The position numbers and the translations under genes were made by a program. Shown in pieces: positions 1 through 12,600 of a stretch of DNA of 64,000 bases; the first letter of the stretch is position 1, and every line of letters begins with the position of its first letter. The notes beneath the pieces were generated by a model, which saw nothing but the letters and a program-made list of their open reading frames with translations, ran no database searches and was not told the DNA's origin. The stretch is from Aplysia californica (Eukaryota). The stretch spans positions 89,934 through 153,933 of the forward strand of contig NW_004797661.1 of NCBI RefSeq assembly GCF_000002075.1, given 5' to 3'.

Positions 1-1184
1 CCTACTCTAAGATCAGGGGTATGGCTGAAAGACTTTTAGTTTAGTTTTAGAAGAGGTTTTACGGTGGTGAACATTAATTTTCAGTTTGGTAGAAATTAAT
101 TTATAATTGAATAAGGTCATATGAGCGCCTAGGGGTGGATGTCAACAGAAGTCCTTAAAGGGAATCGGGCTAATTAGGCCTAACTGTGCTCACCTCTCTA
201 GCTTCAACAACACAAAGTCTGCTTCGACTACCAAGGCACCCCGGAAATAGCCGGTCACAAGAGAGTGACAAATATACAAAAGAAGTAGAAGAAAATTGAC
301 GGTTGTAAGGATTAGGAAAGAAAAAGCAGCAGTTCCCTGTTGCAATTCCCGCATTTATGACTCCTAATGAGCATGATATCGATGAATCAGCCAAATTTAC
401 AATTTTATGTGCAACAGAACATGGTAATTCCCCCCTCCACCTTTGGGAATGACCTAAAGACTCTCCAGTCAGTAGCACCTGGGGTGTGGCTGAAACACTA
501 ACCCTACGGGTCTACTGAGATGGACACGGCCCGATCTTTTGCCGGGAAGAAGAAAATCGGTCGGGTCGTTTCTGTATTGTGTGTCCACCAATTCGGACAA
601 GACACGACTAGTCTGTTGGCCTACTGGCCGTATTATTCCACACACTGTGTCCCAAGGCTATGTCTTTGGTACAGGGCTATAAATAGTCGAGGCCAATAAC
701 CTAGACGGTTAGTGTAAGCAGAACGTAGCCAATAACCCAATGGGTTTTTAAAAGAAAATCGGTAAAATTGTTAATATACATATGTTACTTTAAGTAACTG
801 TACCTACGAAATCCTTTTAAAATTCACAAAAAAACGGAAAACGATTGAGAGTTAAACCAGGTGGTTTTCGCGTAGACTTTGTCAATTTTGAGGCGCTGAT
901 TACGAATATGACATTAGAATTTTAATCTGAACTCAAAATTAGAATTATTTAAAGCTCCGGCGGGGCATATGGCTCATGAGTCACGACCCGGCCTGGCTAA
1001 AATTGAGCAAGCGGATTTCCAACCGACAAGTCTTTGTCGGGTCGTGTCGTGTCTGTTGACACAGCCAAACGGACTTTTCTCTCATTTCTTAAGAAATAAA
1101 CGGTGTTCCATTTCAACTCCCGACTTTCCGAGAGACGGACGGAATCGGGTCGATTGGTGTCCGTCGCAGTGGACAATGGGCCCT

Positions 1185-1390
1185 ATAGGAGCCCCAGATG
1201 GAGGGGTAGAGGGAGGTGGAGGTGGGAGCAGAAGTGGAGACGAAAGAAGACGACAGAACACGATTAGAGAGCAGGAAAGGAGGCGAAAGGAGACAATTTT
1301 AGAGAAGAAATTTTTTCGTTGTTGTCAGGTTTCGAACCCAGGGCCAATAAAAGAGAGGCAAACACCATAACCTCTCTGACAACGAGAGCG
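1185..1390 (-). mobile_element. tRNA-derived SINE (family also at 45340-45622 and 46935-47210; related piece at 1-30)
   Basis: Minus-strand tRNA-like head with B-box GGTTCGAAACC; body AAGTGGAGAC...GACGACAGAACAC...GAGCAGGAAAG is shared with the other copies. Confidence 0.65.
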
Positions 1391-1523
1391 AGCCCCTCGA
1401 TCTCAACTCTGATGTGTTTTTATATCTACTCTGCGTTCAATATAAGCATAATGTCGCGATTAAAAAAGCATGATAGGCTTGCTTTTAAAAGCGATATTGC
1501 CCCAGTTTAAACGTTTAAAAATA

Positions 1524-2230
1524 CAGTGGAACTCAGATTCAACGAGGTCGCCGGGCCTGACCTAAAATCTCGTTGAATCCGAGTGTTCGTTATAGCAAAC
1601 ATGTGGTTTTGTGTAGATAATTACAGGCACTAAGCAAGTACTGTATAAAGAGAAGTCACAAGTAGTGCCTGAAATGCCTGCATATGATGAGCTGTGTAAA
1701 TCTCGCCTGTGTCATCTCGATTGTTTACCAAAAAGTTGTGTTGCTGTGTAGAGCCTAGCACACGGCAACTTTTGATTCCATAGACCAGCGCTCAATTCGT
1801 TATGTAGATCTACGTCAAGACTAACTTATCATGGTAATAGCGATCAGTTGCCGAGGTGGAAAAAAGACTGTGACGCATTTGTATCTGCGACGTTCGTCCC
1901 CGATACACACCAGAGTAGACACGTGCGCGTGCCAACAACGCATGTGTTGGTGTAAAAAAAAAAGGCCGCTGATTGGTCGCATGCAATCGGCTATGTGAAT
2001 AATGGTTTACGATCCAGGTGCAATGAATGGTTTCAAGGAATAGATAAAGTTCGTTCTGGGAGAAAATTGAGCGGAGCCACGTCTGCGGGGGCTGTTCACC
2101 CTGGAAGCGACCTCGTTGAATCCGAGCTCGCTGATTTAAGTGCTCGTTGAATCCAGGTTACTTTTTATTGATTTTAAAGAAGAAAAAAACCGGGGAATCT
2201 ATCTCATCTCGTTGAATCCGATTTCCACTG
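1524..2230. mobile_element. Tc1/mariner (Tigger/pogo-like) non-autonomous DNA transposon
   Basis: TA|CAGTGGAACTCAGATTCAACGAG ... CTCGTTGAATCCGATTTCCACTG|TA: TIRs, TA TSD and internal CTCGTTGAATCC repeats. Confidence 0.85.
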
Positions 2231-2745
2231 TATTTAGAAACCACTCAGTTTTTATTTGTATTAGTTAAGGAATTTTATAGAATACAGCAAACAGCAAGTG
2301 TTTACAAAAATAGTGTTCAGTCGAGACGCATTGATACTATTCACTGTACAAAAGCTAGAGAGTCTGTGTTCGATAGTTTAGGAAATTTGACAATAGATCT
2401 CAGTTGCACCTCGAATTTTTGACCGCACCGAGAGTCTTTGGTGCCACGCCTCTTGTACTTGTAGCCTTGGTGTCCTGTTTCTGTTTCTGTCTCTCTGTCT
2501 TGCTTCTTCCTTGCATGGCCCGGTTATTGTGTCGATGTGCCTCAGTTTACTAAAATCAACAACAACAACAAACAACCCCCCCCCCCCAAACCCTCAAGAC
2601 TTCTGGGCAGACGCAATAATATATATTATAGATTCACTATGTCGTTGAACTGGTTGGACAGAATACCGCGTAAAGCAACATACGAATACCCAATCTGGCC
2701 TACCAACCGGATCTTCTCGTGTGTTGCTTAGAACAATAAAAATCA

Positions 2746-2762
2746 CAATGGCTGCGCCCATA
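2746..2762 (+). promoter_or_regulatory. YY1-like housekeeping promoter motif (CAATGGCTGCGCCCAT) upstream of CHCHD7
   Basis: ATGGC(T/G)GC core about 120 nt before the ATG, quasi-palindromic ATGG...CCAT. Confidence 0.35.
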
Positions 2763-2870
2763 GATACGAACTGAAAGTAGACGCCCAAGAAGAGTGTACC
2801 CAAAAATCTTTGATAAAATCTTGTTGGGAGGATCAAAACCTGCTACAATTGTTGGAAACAGGTGTATTCA

Positions 2871-5800
2871 ATGGCAGATAACAACAAGGTCTTGCGAGTT
2901 GGAAAAGAAGGCTCTCTTAAGAGAGAAGACTATGCAACCCTTCGACACAGAAAGGACCCTTGCGTAAAGGTCAGCCCCCAAGGCTCAGCCTCAGCCTCGG
3001 GGATAAACATTTTTTGTTGGATTTTATTTGAATCATCCATTAACATCTTGTGCATTTTTATCTTCAATGTATTTTGATATTTCTGTATATTTTCACTTCC
3101 ACTCCCGCACTCAGATGCACTGTTTTGGGGCTGAGGGTCAAACTAGATCCACTGCACAGTATTTTTGCTGCAGATCTCATAATGATTTATATAGAACAAG
3201 TTGGGCCCCCTTTCGATGAAAGGAATGATCGGTGCTTTAATATCAACTAAAAGTCATTGGCCTACTATATTTGCACTCTACTGGAATGGGACAATAAATC
3301 TTGAGAGATGCAAAAATTATAAGGTGTAAATCTATACTCTCAAAACAAAATGCACCTCGCGAAATATCACTTCCGATTTTCTAAAATTACAAAGACAGAA
3401 GCGTCGGCCTACAAAAGCGATCAGTGAAATAAAGAAATTTAGCTTTTTGCAGCAAAACTGTCTCTAAACTGAAATAACGAAGGGCGTCATGCTCTGGGGA
3501 ATATTTTAAAGAATCTTTTGGCGAAAACCGCATGTTAATCGATGCAGCCATTAAAAAGTCTTTTGAATAGCAAAATTCGGCCACCACAAACAGATAATAG
3601 ATCTAATGATGATGCCATGGCCATTAAAACTTTCGCAAATGAATTGTTATCAAGAAAAGTTCAAACCTAATTGCAAAACATCAAGTTTAATATAGATTCT
3701 ATATGGGGAAAAAACAGGGCGAGGAGGTATACCCCCATAAAACTTCGGATTGGTCCAACAAAGTACAGAAATTAGGCCTACTCCGCAAAATGCTTCTAAG
3801 TGACTAGAGTAGAGTCTAGATTGAATAAAAACCATCAAATGTTTCAATTACTATTACTCTTTCACTACTGCGAGCTGTGTTTCACGGCTTGTGTAACCCC
3901 CAATGCTGGACGGTGAGCCGTGTTTCAAAGCTCACCATGTGCACTTAACCTACTTCCAAACCACACACCTACTTTTGTAAAAATCAAATCTGAAATTTCT
4001 GGCTGATGAATGAATATTTTTAGCAACATTTGAGATACCCTGTAGGTCATTATTTCCCTTTTATTTTTATATTGAAAATTGAACTAAAAAATCTTTAATT
4101 GTCCGACGGTAGAGGCAGAACAAAAGTAGGTCAGAGAAATAGGGCCTGGTCCAGGTGAGGAAAAACCCCCAGTAGTGAAAGAGTTGATTTACAACCAAAG
4201 TATGAAGTCAATATTTACAGTTAACAGATAAAAAATGAACAAGAAAAAGGCTTTGCAAAACCTCTGTGCATGAGTTGGTAGTCTTGAAATGCTTAAAGAA
4301 TAGGTCGCAGAGTTCAGTTGTAAGTATTTGATTTTTCAATGAATTACTGCAGAATGGCTGCTGTGACCTATAGGCTGTGGCTATCATTCAGTCCGCATAC
4401 CCGCCAAGTACAGTAGCCTAGCTGTTCGACACACCAGGCTTAAGTAGGTCATGTAGGGCCTGCACAGTGTAGTCTCCAACACAGTACAGTGCCTCACCGA
4501 CGTGAGTGTCTCGTGCGCTGGGCATTACCTCCCTACCCCGATTCCTGATCGCTCACTCCCTTTCCACATCCCATTTTCAATCTGTCGCTGGCAAGTGCCA
4601 CGGTCAGTGAGTCAGTGCCTCGCCTTTCTATTTTCCCCAGCAAGCGGCCATAAACAGGCGTTACAAGTATGCTACTACAAAGTTTGCACTGGTCTTTAGT
4701 GTACACCTCGCGTTGCTCGGTCTTTGGTACTGTAACTCCAACACCCTCTCCCCTCTGCCTCTTATTAGTTTCACTGTGTAGTTGTGTAAGGTAAGAATCA
4801 AGGGAAGAAACCAGCCTAAAAAGGTAGTGTTGTCTTTTTGCCGCTGACCTCCCCTTGTTTTTTCCTCTTTGGCTTTATATTTTCATTTATCGACATTTTT
4901 ATATATTGACATCAAATCCACTTCCCAAAGCATGTCAATATAAGTGGATTATACTGTACGTTTTTTAAATACAAAGGCCACAAAATATGAAATTCGGAAC
5001 CTAAAAATCTGCTAAACTAAGAGCATATTTCACTTTGTGCATGTTTGTTTATATAATGTACATGCTAGACCGTGCCTTTCGGAAGCTTCCAAGGTATATA
5101 CTTCAGGAATGCTAAACCTTACCATTCTCCTTGAACGTTCTTCTATTAATTTAATGCCTGAAGGAAACAAGCTGTCTTTTTAATTTGCAGAGTTTTTGTT
5201 GAATTATATTTTCTTTTTAACAGGAACATGACATGGCTTTGAAGTGCCTGGATGATGGTGGATATGACCGTAGCAAATGTGAAGACTTTTTTACCAATTA
5301 CAGAAATTGTCGTAAATTTTGGGTAAGTTGTCTATCATTCAAACTTAAGAGTTTTGCAAATATTTTGAAACTGAAAACCAGCATCTGTGGTGTAGATGCT
5401 AGGTGCTTTACTTTGCCATTGCATGCAGAAAATGCGAGTTCAATACCTGTGTGTGGAGAATTTTTATCAAGTATTTCTGTCTTTCTGCTGGGATATTGTG
5501 TCCCTCCCATCCTGCATTGGCCCTGACAGGCAAGGTCGAAGTAGCCTGCCTTATGAATAATCTAAATAGTGTCAATGGCTGTGAAAGACTACTACAGTTA
5601 CATTAATTTTTTTCTGAAAGTGAAGAAAATCTAAGAAAAAAAGCTCAATGTTACTATTATAAAACAAGGTATGTATAATTTATAAAACACAACTTTTGGA
5701 TACTGTAACGAAGTCATTATATCCAATGTAATGCCTGTGATCAGGTGCATGTCACATAATTGAAATGCAAGTTTTGACAAAGTATTTTGTTCCAAAAAAA

Positions 5801-6281
5801 ATAATTATTCCTACAATGGTTGAACAGTAAAAAAAGATAGGCCAAATAGAATTAAAGCTACAGTGATTATGACTGAGCATTTTTTCTCAAAGTAATTGAA
5901 TCAAACTAAAATTAACCTATAACAATTTGTGACTAATTCTCCTTTTTTAATTACAATTAGACACTAAATAAAAAATGTTGAGTCAACATGACAGATAATT
6001 CAAGATCATAATTGTATTCTGTATTTAAGTCTCTTTCACATAAAGAATCAAATCTAGTTCCAAAGATCTATAAATGGAGTTGATAGTTGAATATTTATAA
6101 TTTTTAGATCTAGCTGAATAGTTTAGTTATAACTCACTGATTTTTCGTTTTCCCTCATTTTGTTAAGAAATTCGTCTCTGATGACAGAAGGAAGAAGGGC
6201 ATAACACCATACTTGCCTCCCCCTGAGGAACGTGAGCAAGTCAAGACAGAATATCTTCATCAGCTGCATGACAAACTTTGA
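2871..6281 (+). CDS. CHCHD7: CHCHD7 / COX23-like mitochondrial intermembrane-space twin-CX9C protein (103 aa)
   Basis: Exons 2871-2969, 5224-5322, 6168-6281; both introns GT-AG, phase 0. Joined: MADNNKVLRVGKEGSLKREDYATLRHRKDPCVK|EHDMALKCLDDGGYDRSKCEDFFTNYRNCRKFW|KFVSDDRRKKGITPYLPPPEEREQVKTEYLHQLHDKL*. The PC-x9-CL...YDR..C-x9-CR.FW...RR..G..P..P...ER pattern matches CHCHD7 as I recall it. Confidence 0.9.
3857..4183. mobile_element. piggyBac-like MITE
   Basis: Perfect 14-bp TIR CTCTTTCACTACTG / CAGTAGTGAAAGAG; flanks ATTA and TTGA (degenerate TTAA). Confidence 0.65.
5385..5602 (+). mobile_element. tRNA-derived SINE (family also at 31340-31555 and partial at ~44180-44280)
   Basis: Shared TTTTTATCA.GT.T.TCTGTCT.TCTGCTGGGATA.TG..TCCCTC.CA...GCCCTGACAGGC...ATCTAAATA.TGT. 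Confidence 0.6.
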
Positions 6282-9200
6282 AGACTGGTCCTGCAAGTGT
6301 AACAGACTTTTGCCTGATTACTGTGATTAGGGTCAACTTTGAACAGAGTGTGACTGCTCATTTTCTGGTTTACTAGACTTTTCCATTATAGTGAATAATT
6401 GTCTGGTATGCCATAAAATGTCTGTTGCTTTGCAATCAAAGTGAGGTTGGTGTGTCAAGAGTTGATATATTATTATGATGTGAATGTTATCAGAATTGAT
6501 GGCATAATTCAAATATTGGCTATTATTAAAAAGGATAGAAAAAAAAATGTAAACAGTGTTTGCAGAACATTCTGCTGATAAAAGTAGTTTCAGTCTCTGT
6601 TTTGCTGTAAATAATGTGGATAATGAAGTGTCAGCAGAGAGACAGGGAAAGTTTTGAAGCATGAGAGGGACAAAAAGTAAGAATGGTTTAGTTTGTGAGT
6701 GACACATGTTGTAAGAGTGAATGGTTAAATGATGTTTAGTGTCTCAGACTTTGAATTTTTTCAGTTTAGGTGTTCTCACTTACATTGCCTTGGATTAAGG
6801 CTTTTTCAAGTTTCAAATACTTTATTCTTTACAGTACAGGGGACATTTATCTCCTGTGTACGGATGCCTTTAAAACCTTGACTTATTTGATGTTTAAATG
6901 GCTGTTTAAAGTATTTTGGGCTCTGATTCACCGGTTATCTGTCTTATACTTAAATCTTCACATTAGTCCCAAGTGGCTGCAAGCTGAGTTTTCTATACTC
7001 AGTGCAAGGGATGGTCTGAATTGTTCGGCTTATTGGTTTATCTAGACTATGTTCTTTGAAGTGCACTGTATGTCTTTTAAATATTAAATTGGTTCTGTGT
7101 ATAAGATACTAAATGTCTTTTATGAACTATTGTTGAACATCAATAGAAAAGACCGTAAGCAATAAAATAGAATAATAATAGAAAACAGAAATTAAAAATG
7201 AGTGTTTTATGATGAACTGAAATAGGGTGTTGACTGAGGAACGTTGAAAAAATTTATGTAATTCACCAATTGTCTGCAGGTTGAGCAAAAGACGTTACAA
7301 AATCACATGGTTTGAAGTGCAAGTAGGTATGGGTATTGTGTGTTGAGTATAAAATCTTTTTATGTTGAGAGGGCCTACTAGACTGTGACAAGCATTGGTC
7401 TTACTATATGTCAAAGAAGGGACTTAAACCATGTTACAAAAAGGAATGAGAGACTGGTAGTAGTATATATAATAATTTTTTTCTTCCTTCACAATTCTTC
7501 CACATCCACAGAGTAAAGAAGATAATGTGTCAAGTCCTAGGTGTAAGTGATTGTCAGATGAGCGAATGAGATGTAAGATGTGTCAAATTTGAGTTGGATG
7601 GAGTTTGAATAAAAAGTATATTTTTTATGTGCCTTTTTTCTCAGTTTGTCGTATGAAAATTGTACTTACTGCATTGAGTTCATACTGCTCCAGACTAAAA
7701 TCTTAAATGTCAAGTTCAGTCTGATTTTTTACTGCACAAAAATGCTTCTGTGGCTCTTTTAATCCTTCGATCTAATTTCAGAAAACGATCCTGTTTCTTT
7801 ACCTGTCCAGTTTCAATGTCCCTTTGTCTAGAACTGCTTGAAACCTAGTTAAGTTCATGTGTATTCTATCTTATAAAATTTGTAAATATTGTTCTGAATT
7901 TTTCACCCAACTATAAGTGGATTTTTTTTCCTGGGGATGAGGAGAGGGGGGAAAGGTAGTTTTCACTCTCTTTCTTCATGCGAGTTGAAAGAGTCAAAAC
8001 ATACAGTGAATATCAATAACGTATCATCATCTCTGCCATAGAGATATGACGCAATAACAGTGGAAAACATGAAGCAGACTTAAAAAGTACCATCGTTCAA
8101 AATTTCCCTGATGTAATGGTAAACATCACGTCCTACAAGGGGTTGCTCAACTGCATGTCATCTTTGCTCTGTTAAAATAGAACAATAAATTAATAATTAC
8201 TTTTATTCTCTTCTTAAATCTTAGTCAGTAGGCTACTGGAAATATTCACGAGAAATGATGAAATTTCTAGCTAACACCAGGGAGAAGTTTTCTTGTGTAA
8301 TAGCACTGGGTTAAGTTGAATTGTTGTCGGTCACAGTGAATCAGCACAAGCTCTTTTTGTCAGGATTGGAATCATGAAAAATCTGAAAATAAGTAGAAGG
8401 AGCTGTTCGCATCAGAGCATCCACCAAGACTACAAGAAATGTATTAAGGCTGTGAAAGTGCACAGTAGACTACCATACAGCACCTGGTGAGCCAGCTATC
8501 TCTTTGCATTCATTAGGACACCATCCCATTCTTGTCTTTAGAAGAATTCATATTCTAGGCAATTATTAGTAGGCATTAGTGAAATGAAGTAGCCTACTGG
8601 TACACTGGAGGAACTACAAGTAAAGTACAAGTCCATGTATAAATCTGCTGAGTTTATGAGTGTGCAATTAGATGTACCTGAAAAACGAGCAGATTTTATG
8701 AACATATCCATGAAGTACAATGGGTTCATGCACCGGTATACAGTCCATGCTGGCTTTAAGCACGGTCATCGGGAGAAAGCTTAAGCGTGCTTACTGCCGA
8801 AGTGTGCTTGAGTGCGAAGTAGACATAATCCAGAGATTTTCATGTAGAAAATTTATCGTGCTATTTTCCTTTGTTTGTAAGTAGGCCAATAGCGGTCCCG
8901 CAAAAGTGTGCACTGTTATTTTTACCCCCCATGGTAGTTTTTGTTTGCTTGTTTGTTTTTATTTTGGTGGTCGAACGGGGAATGAAAACTTACTTTAGAC
9001 AGCCAGTCACGATACAGCAAACTAGGCCTACATACCAAACGCTGCCCGCTTTGCCACATTCATACCACCGCCTTCATCCCACCTCGCCCGTGATACACAA
9101 TCAAGATTAATGGATAGCGAGGGTCAAAGGTGAAATCGCAGCCAGCCTTCCTTTCTCATCTCCACGACTCTCTTTGTATTTTTTGTGTCTGTGTGTAGCT

Positions 9201-9696
9201 TTGCACTAGGCTAGATCCTAAGTCCACGCGTGCTGCCTCTCCGCCCGTGTGAGTGTGTGTGTCTATCACTTGCGTTCTTTGTGTTTCTCTTAACTCACAA
9301 ACTGCTGAGGTGTAGACTGTTTGAACTTCGATGGGTTATCATGAAAGTATTGAATGTCTTGTAAATGAAGCGTGCCTGAAGCCGAAGTTACCGTGCATAA
9401 AGGCGTGTAAATTATATAGGAAAAATTCGGTAAGAGCCATTTAGCGTGCTTGAGTCCCAAACGTGGCACTGACTGTATTAGTTTCATGTCCGCCTTTTTA
9501 CTTGTATGATGAATTTATGCACAGATGCAATGAGAATGTACCAGAGTAATGAATATACAGTATACAAGTTCCATGAGTAAATGTACTTGTACGAGCCATG
9601 CTCCCGAAAAATAGACACAAAGTCAAAGATATGAATAAAGGTGAAACAAAGATGGCAATTTATTGTAACAAAAACTATTGAAAATTTTGACAAGGG

Positions 9697-12600
9697 TCAT
9701 CTATCCTTAACATCTTGTGCAGAATCTTTTCTCCCTCTTGACATCTGCTCTCTAATGGTATTGATGAGTTGCTTCTCTGTGACAAATGTCAGTGCAAGGA
9801 CTGTCAGCAGACAAAGAGCTGTCACTGCTATGTGGATTATTCTGTCTGTGACCGTCCCATCAACACAAAAGGTCACCTGAAAAAAGGCAAGAACATGAAT
9901 GTTGATTTGAGATAAGCTGTAGGCTCTAACCAGTCAATACAACAATGGCTACATTTCACAAGGACCAGGGGAACAGGTTATAATAATAAAAATTGCTGGA
10001 AATAAGTTGCAGGAGCAGACCACATCAGAGTACACTTGGTACACTTTATTCGTTTTGATAAAGCAGAAAAGTTCATAGAACAACCGTACTCCAGCTAGTT
10101 TCGACAATTGCATCCAGCATCTAATTAAACATACTTCATATTTTTGTGTCTGAATACAAAAAGAATTACTGTATATCTAAAGTGGAAACCAAAAATAACA
10201 GGCCCGGTAATAACAGGGATCCAGTAATAACAGGGCTGCGGTGTGCTGCAGACTTCGATCTAGTCCTAAGCCTAGCAACATGCACGTTTAATGTGTCATG
10301 GGCAGGCCATGGGAAACTACCCATGAATAAATATAGCTGGATTAGTCCACAAATGCTTATTTCTCTTGCATTTCTGATTTAACAGGGATCTGACATAACA
10401 GGACTTTTTCTCTGATCCCACCATCCCTGTTATATCAGGTTTCCACTGTATGTAATTTAGCCAAACACCCTGAAAAATGTTGAGTGTAACAACTATCTAC
10501 ACTTGGGACAAAGATGAGAATCTATGATCTTCAGCTAGAACCCTTGATGAATATATATTCTAAACCAAAAAGGCACTTGCAGACCTGCTACTCTACGAAA
10601 TCTAAAACTCAGGATCTCAGGGTGAAAAAAATCAGGATTTGGTGAACAAAACCGGGATCAATGACAAATCACCAAGGTGACTGCCAAGCTAACTTAAAAA
10701 TTTTCCAGGGGCATCCATAAATACATCCATGTACATACCTGTATAATATGCCCGATGTGTGTTTGTGTATTATCATTATTTTTATTTTTTTAAATCCTGA
10801 AATATCACGTCAAGCTCTCCTACTCCAAGGGTCTTTAAGCCCCCCCCACCCCGATACGTCCCGAAAAACTCTTCAACCAGTGTGCATGAACTTAAGGTTG
10901 ACCTCGCCAACGGACTGCCCACACACATGCCAAACTCAAACTTCGAAGCCAGGTCACCCGATGCAAATGCACGATTGAAACAGTTTTACTGACGGGTCTT
11001 GATGATGGGCCTGACTAACCAGAACTCAAACAATTTTGAAAGTAACAGCAGAACTACAAATAATATTGATCACTTGTTGTACTACCAACTGAAATAGTTG
11101 TCAGGCCATCATTGGAGAATCCTGAGTGGAAACAAAAGCGAAACTAGATCTTGAGAATGTCTCAAGTTGGAATACAATATATATTGATACTGCTTCCATT
11201 AAAGTTGAAAAATCACGTGCAAGTAAACATCCAACATGACTTGGGGTGAGTCAACTACTAAATCCAGAATCAATATTTTGGAAAATAGTGCTCTGAGTTA
11301 CTAGCTGCTGACAACAATTTCAACAGGTGCTTCGTGCGACAGAGAAAAAGGCAGAGTATGATTTTAGAAAAATCTGGTACAACCGACGGAACCAAAAAAA
11401 TCGGGAAAATCCGGAAGCTTGAGATTTGGGGCAAAAAATCGGGATATCCCGATTAAATCAGGATGAGTGGCAGGTCTGCACTTATCTAGTATGATACAAC
11501 TAGACTACATCAAGGTCAATTTTTAAAAATATTGCTGGTTCCCAAGGAAACGTCCAAGGTGCAAATAGTTATTTGGTACATGATGTACCAGAAACTAAAT
11601 TTTCAAAATAGCTGTATGCCAAATTTATCTGTTCTATATATGAAAGGCCCGATGTCTCCTGAGAATTTGTGTACCATTCTTTTACCTCTCAGTCAATTTT
11701 TAAAGAAAAATGCAGGATAAAATATTGCTAAAGTCGCTAACTGGCTGCAACCCCACGTTTGACAAATAATAAAAGAATACCAAGGGCACCAAAAATCTTC
11801 ACAAGAACAGAGTAGGCCTACAATCATTATAACATAGATAGAAAGGGAGTCGAATTTTTTTCAAGATTGTGAGATCATTTCAAATCTGTATTTTATTGCC
11901 TGAAACTGAAACACGATGATCTGTCCTTATTTCAACAAAACACAGAGCATTGTTCCAGCCAGTGCCGCCCCAGCCCCTGCGGCGAGCGAGTCGGCTCTTT
12001 GCTGTAATAAACTAAGCACTCCCTGTGTGTGTGTGTGTGTGTGGGGGGGGGGTCACATGCTTTCAGAGTTTTCTGGAAGGATTAATGCAAATAATTCCAA
12101 GCTGATGACTTTACTCTAAAAGAAAATGAACTGATCTTTCTATTAGTACCTTTTTGAGCCGGTATTTTACATATTTTGTGTTAAAAATGAAAACTGAATG
12201 TATTTTGAAAGGCTTTCTATTGAAATGCTAAAAGGCCAAAAATATAGTATATACCACGAGAAAGCCCATTCAAAGCTCTATAGTTCTCCACCAATGAAAA
12301 GATGGTAGGCCTATTTAATCATTGATCTTTCCGTGAAGCATTCGAATGCATGGGTGTTGATTTTTTAACCGGCCAATCACGCATTCTGACCCCGAGGGGA
12401 TTCGCTTTTCAAGATGATTGTCCAGCTGCAAATACTTAAACATGAAAACAAAAAACTTACACCATTGTAACGAGGAAAAGCTGAACTTTATCAAGAAAAG
12501 CTTTTGGAGTTTTATAGCGAAAGAATGAAGAAACAGGGATTTGAATTACCCCAATTCCACCAAAACCATGCGCTCGAAAGGCTGCATTTAAGCTACCTAA

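Noticed and set aside
505-1185. Possible TIR element interrupting a SINE
   Set aside because: Inverted similarity of the ends is partial and no TSD could be established.
969-1370. 133-aa ORF and other long non-exonic ORFs (170-478, 49245-49832, 58011-58692, ORFs spanning N runs)
   Set aside because: They lie in repeats, microsatellites or gaps and have no recognisable protein motifs.
8020-8172. Possible extra minus-strand RFT1 3' exon (good acceptor near 8172)
   Set aside because: The RFT1 CDS is already complete at 9697 with an AATAAA about 35 nt downstream; no matching donor or ORF support.
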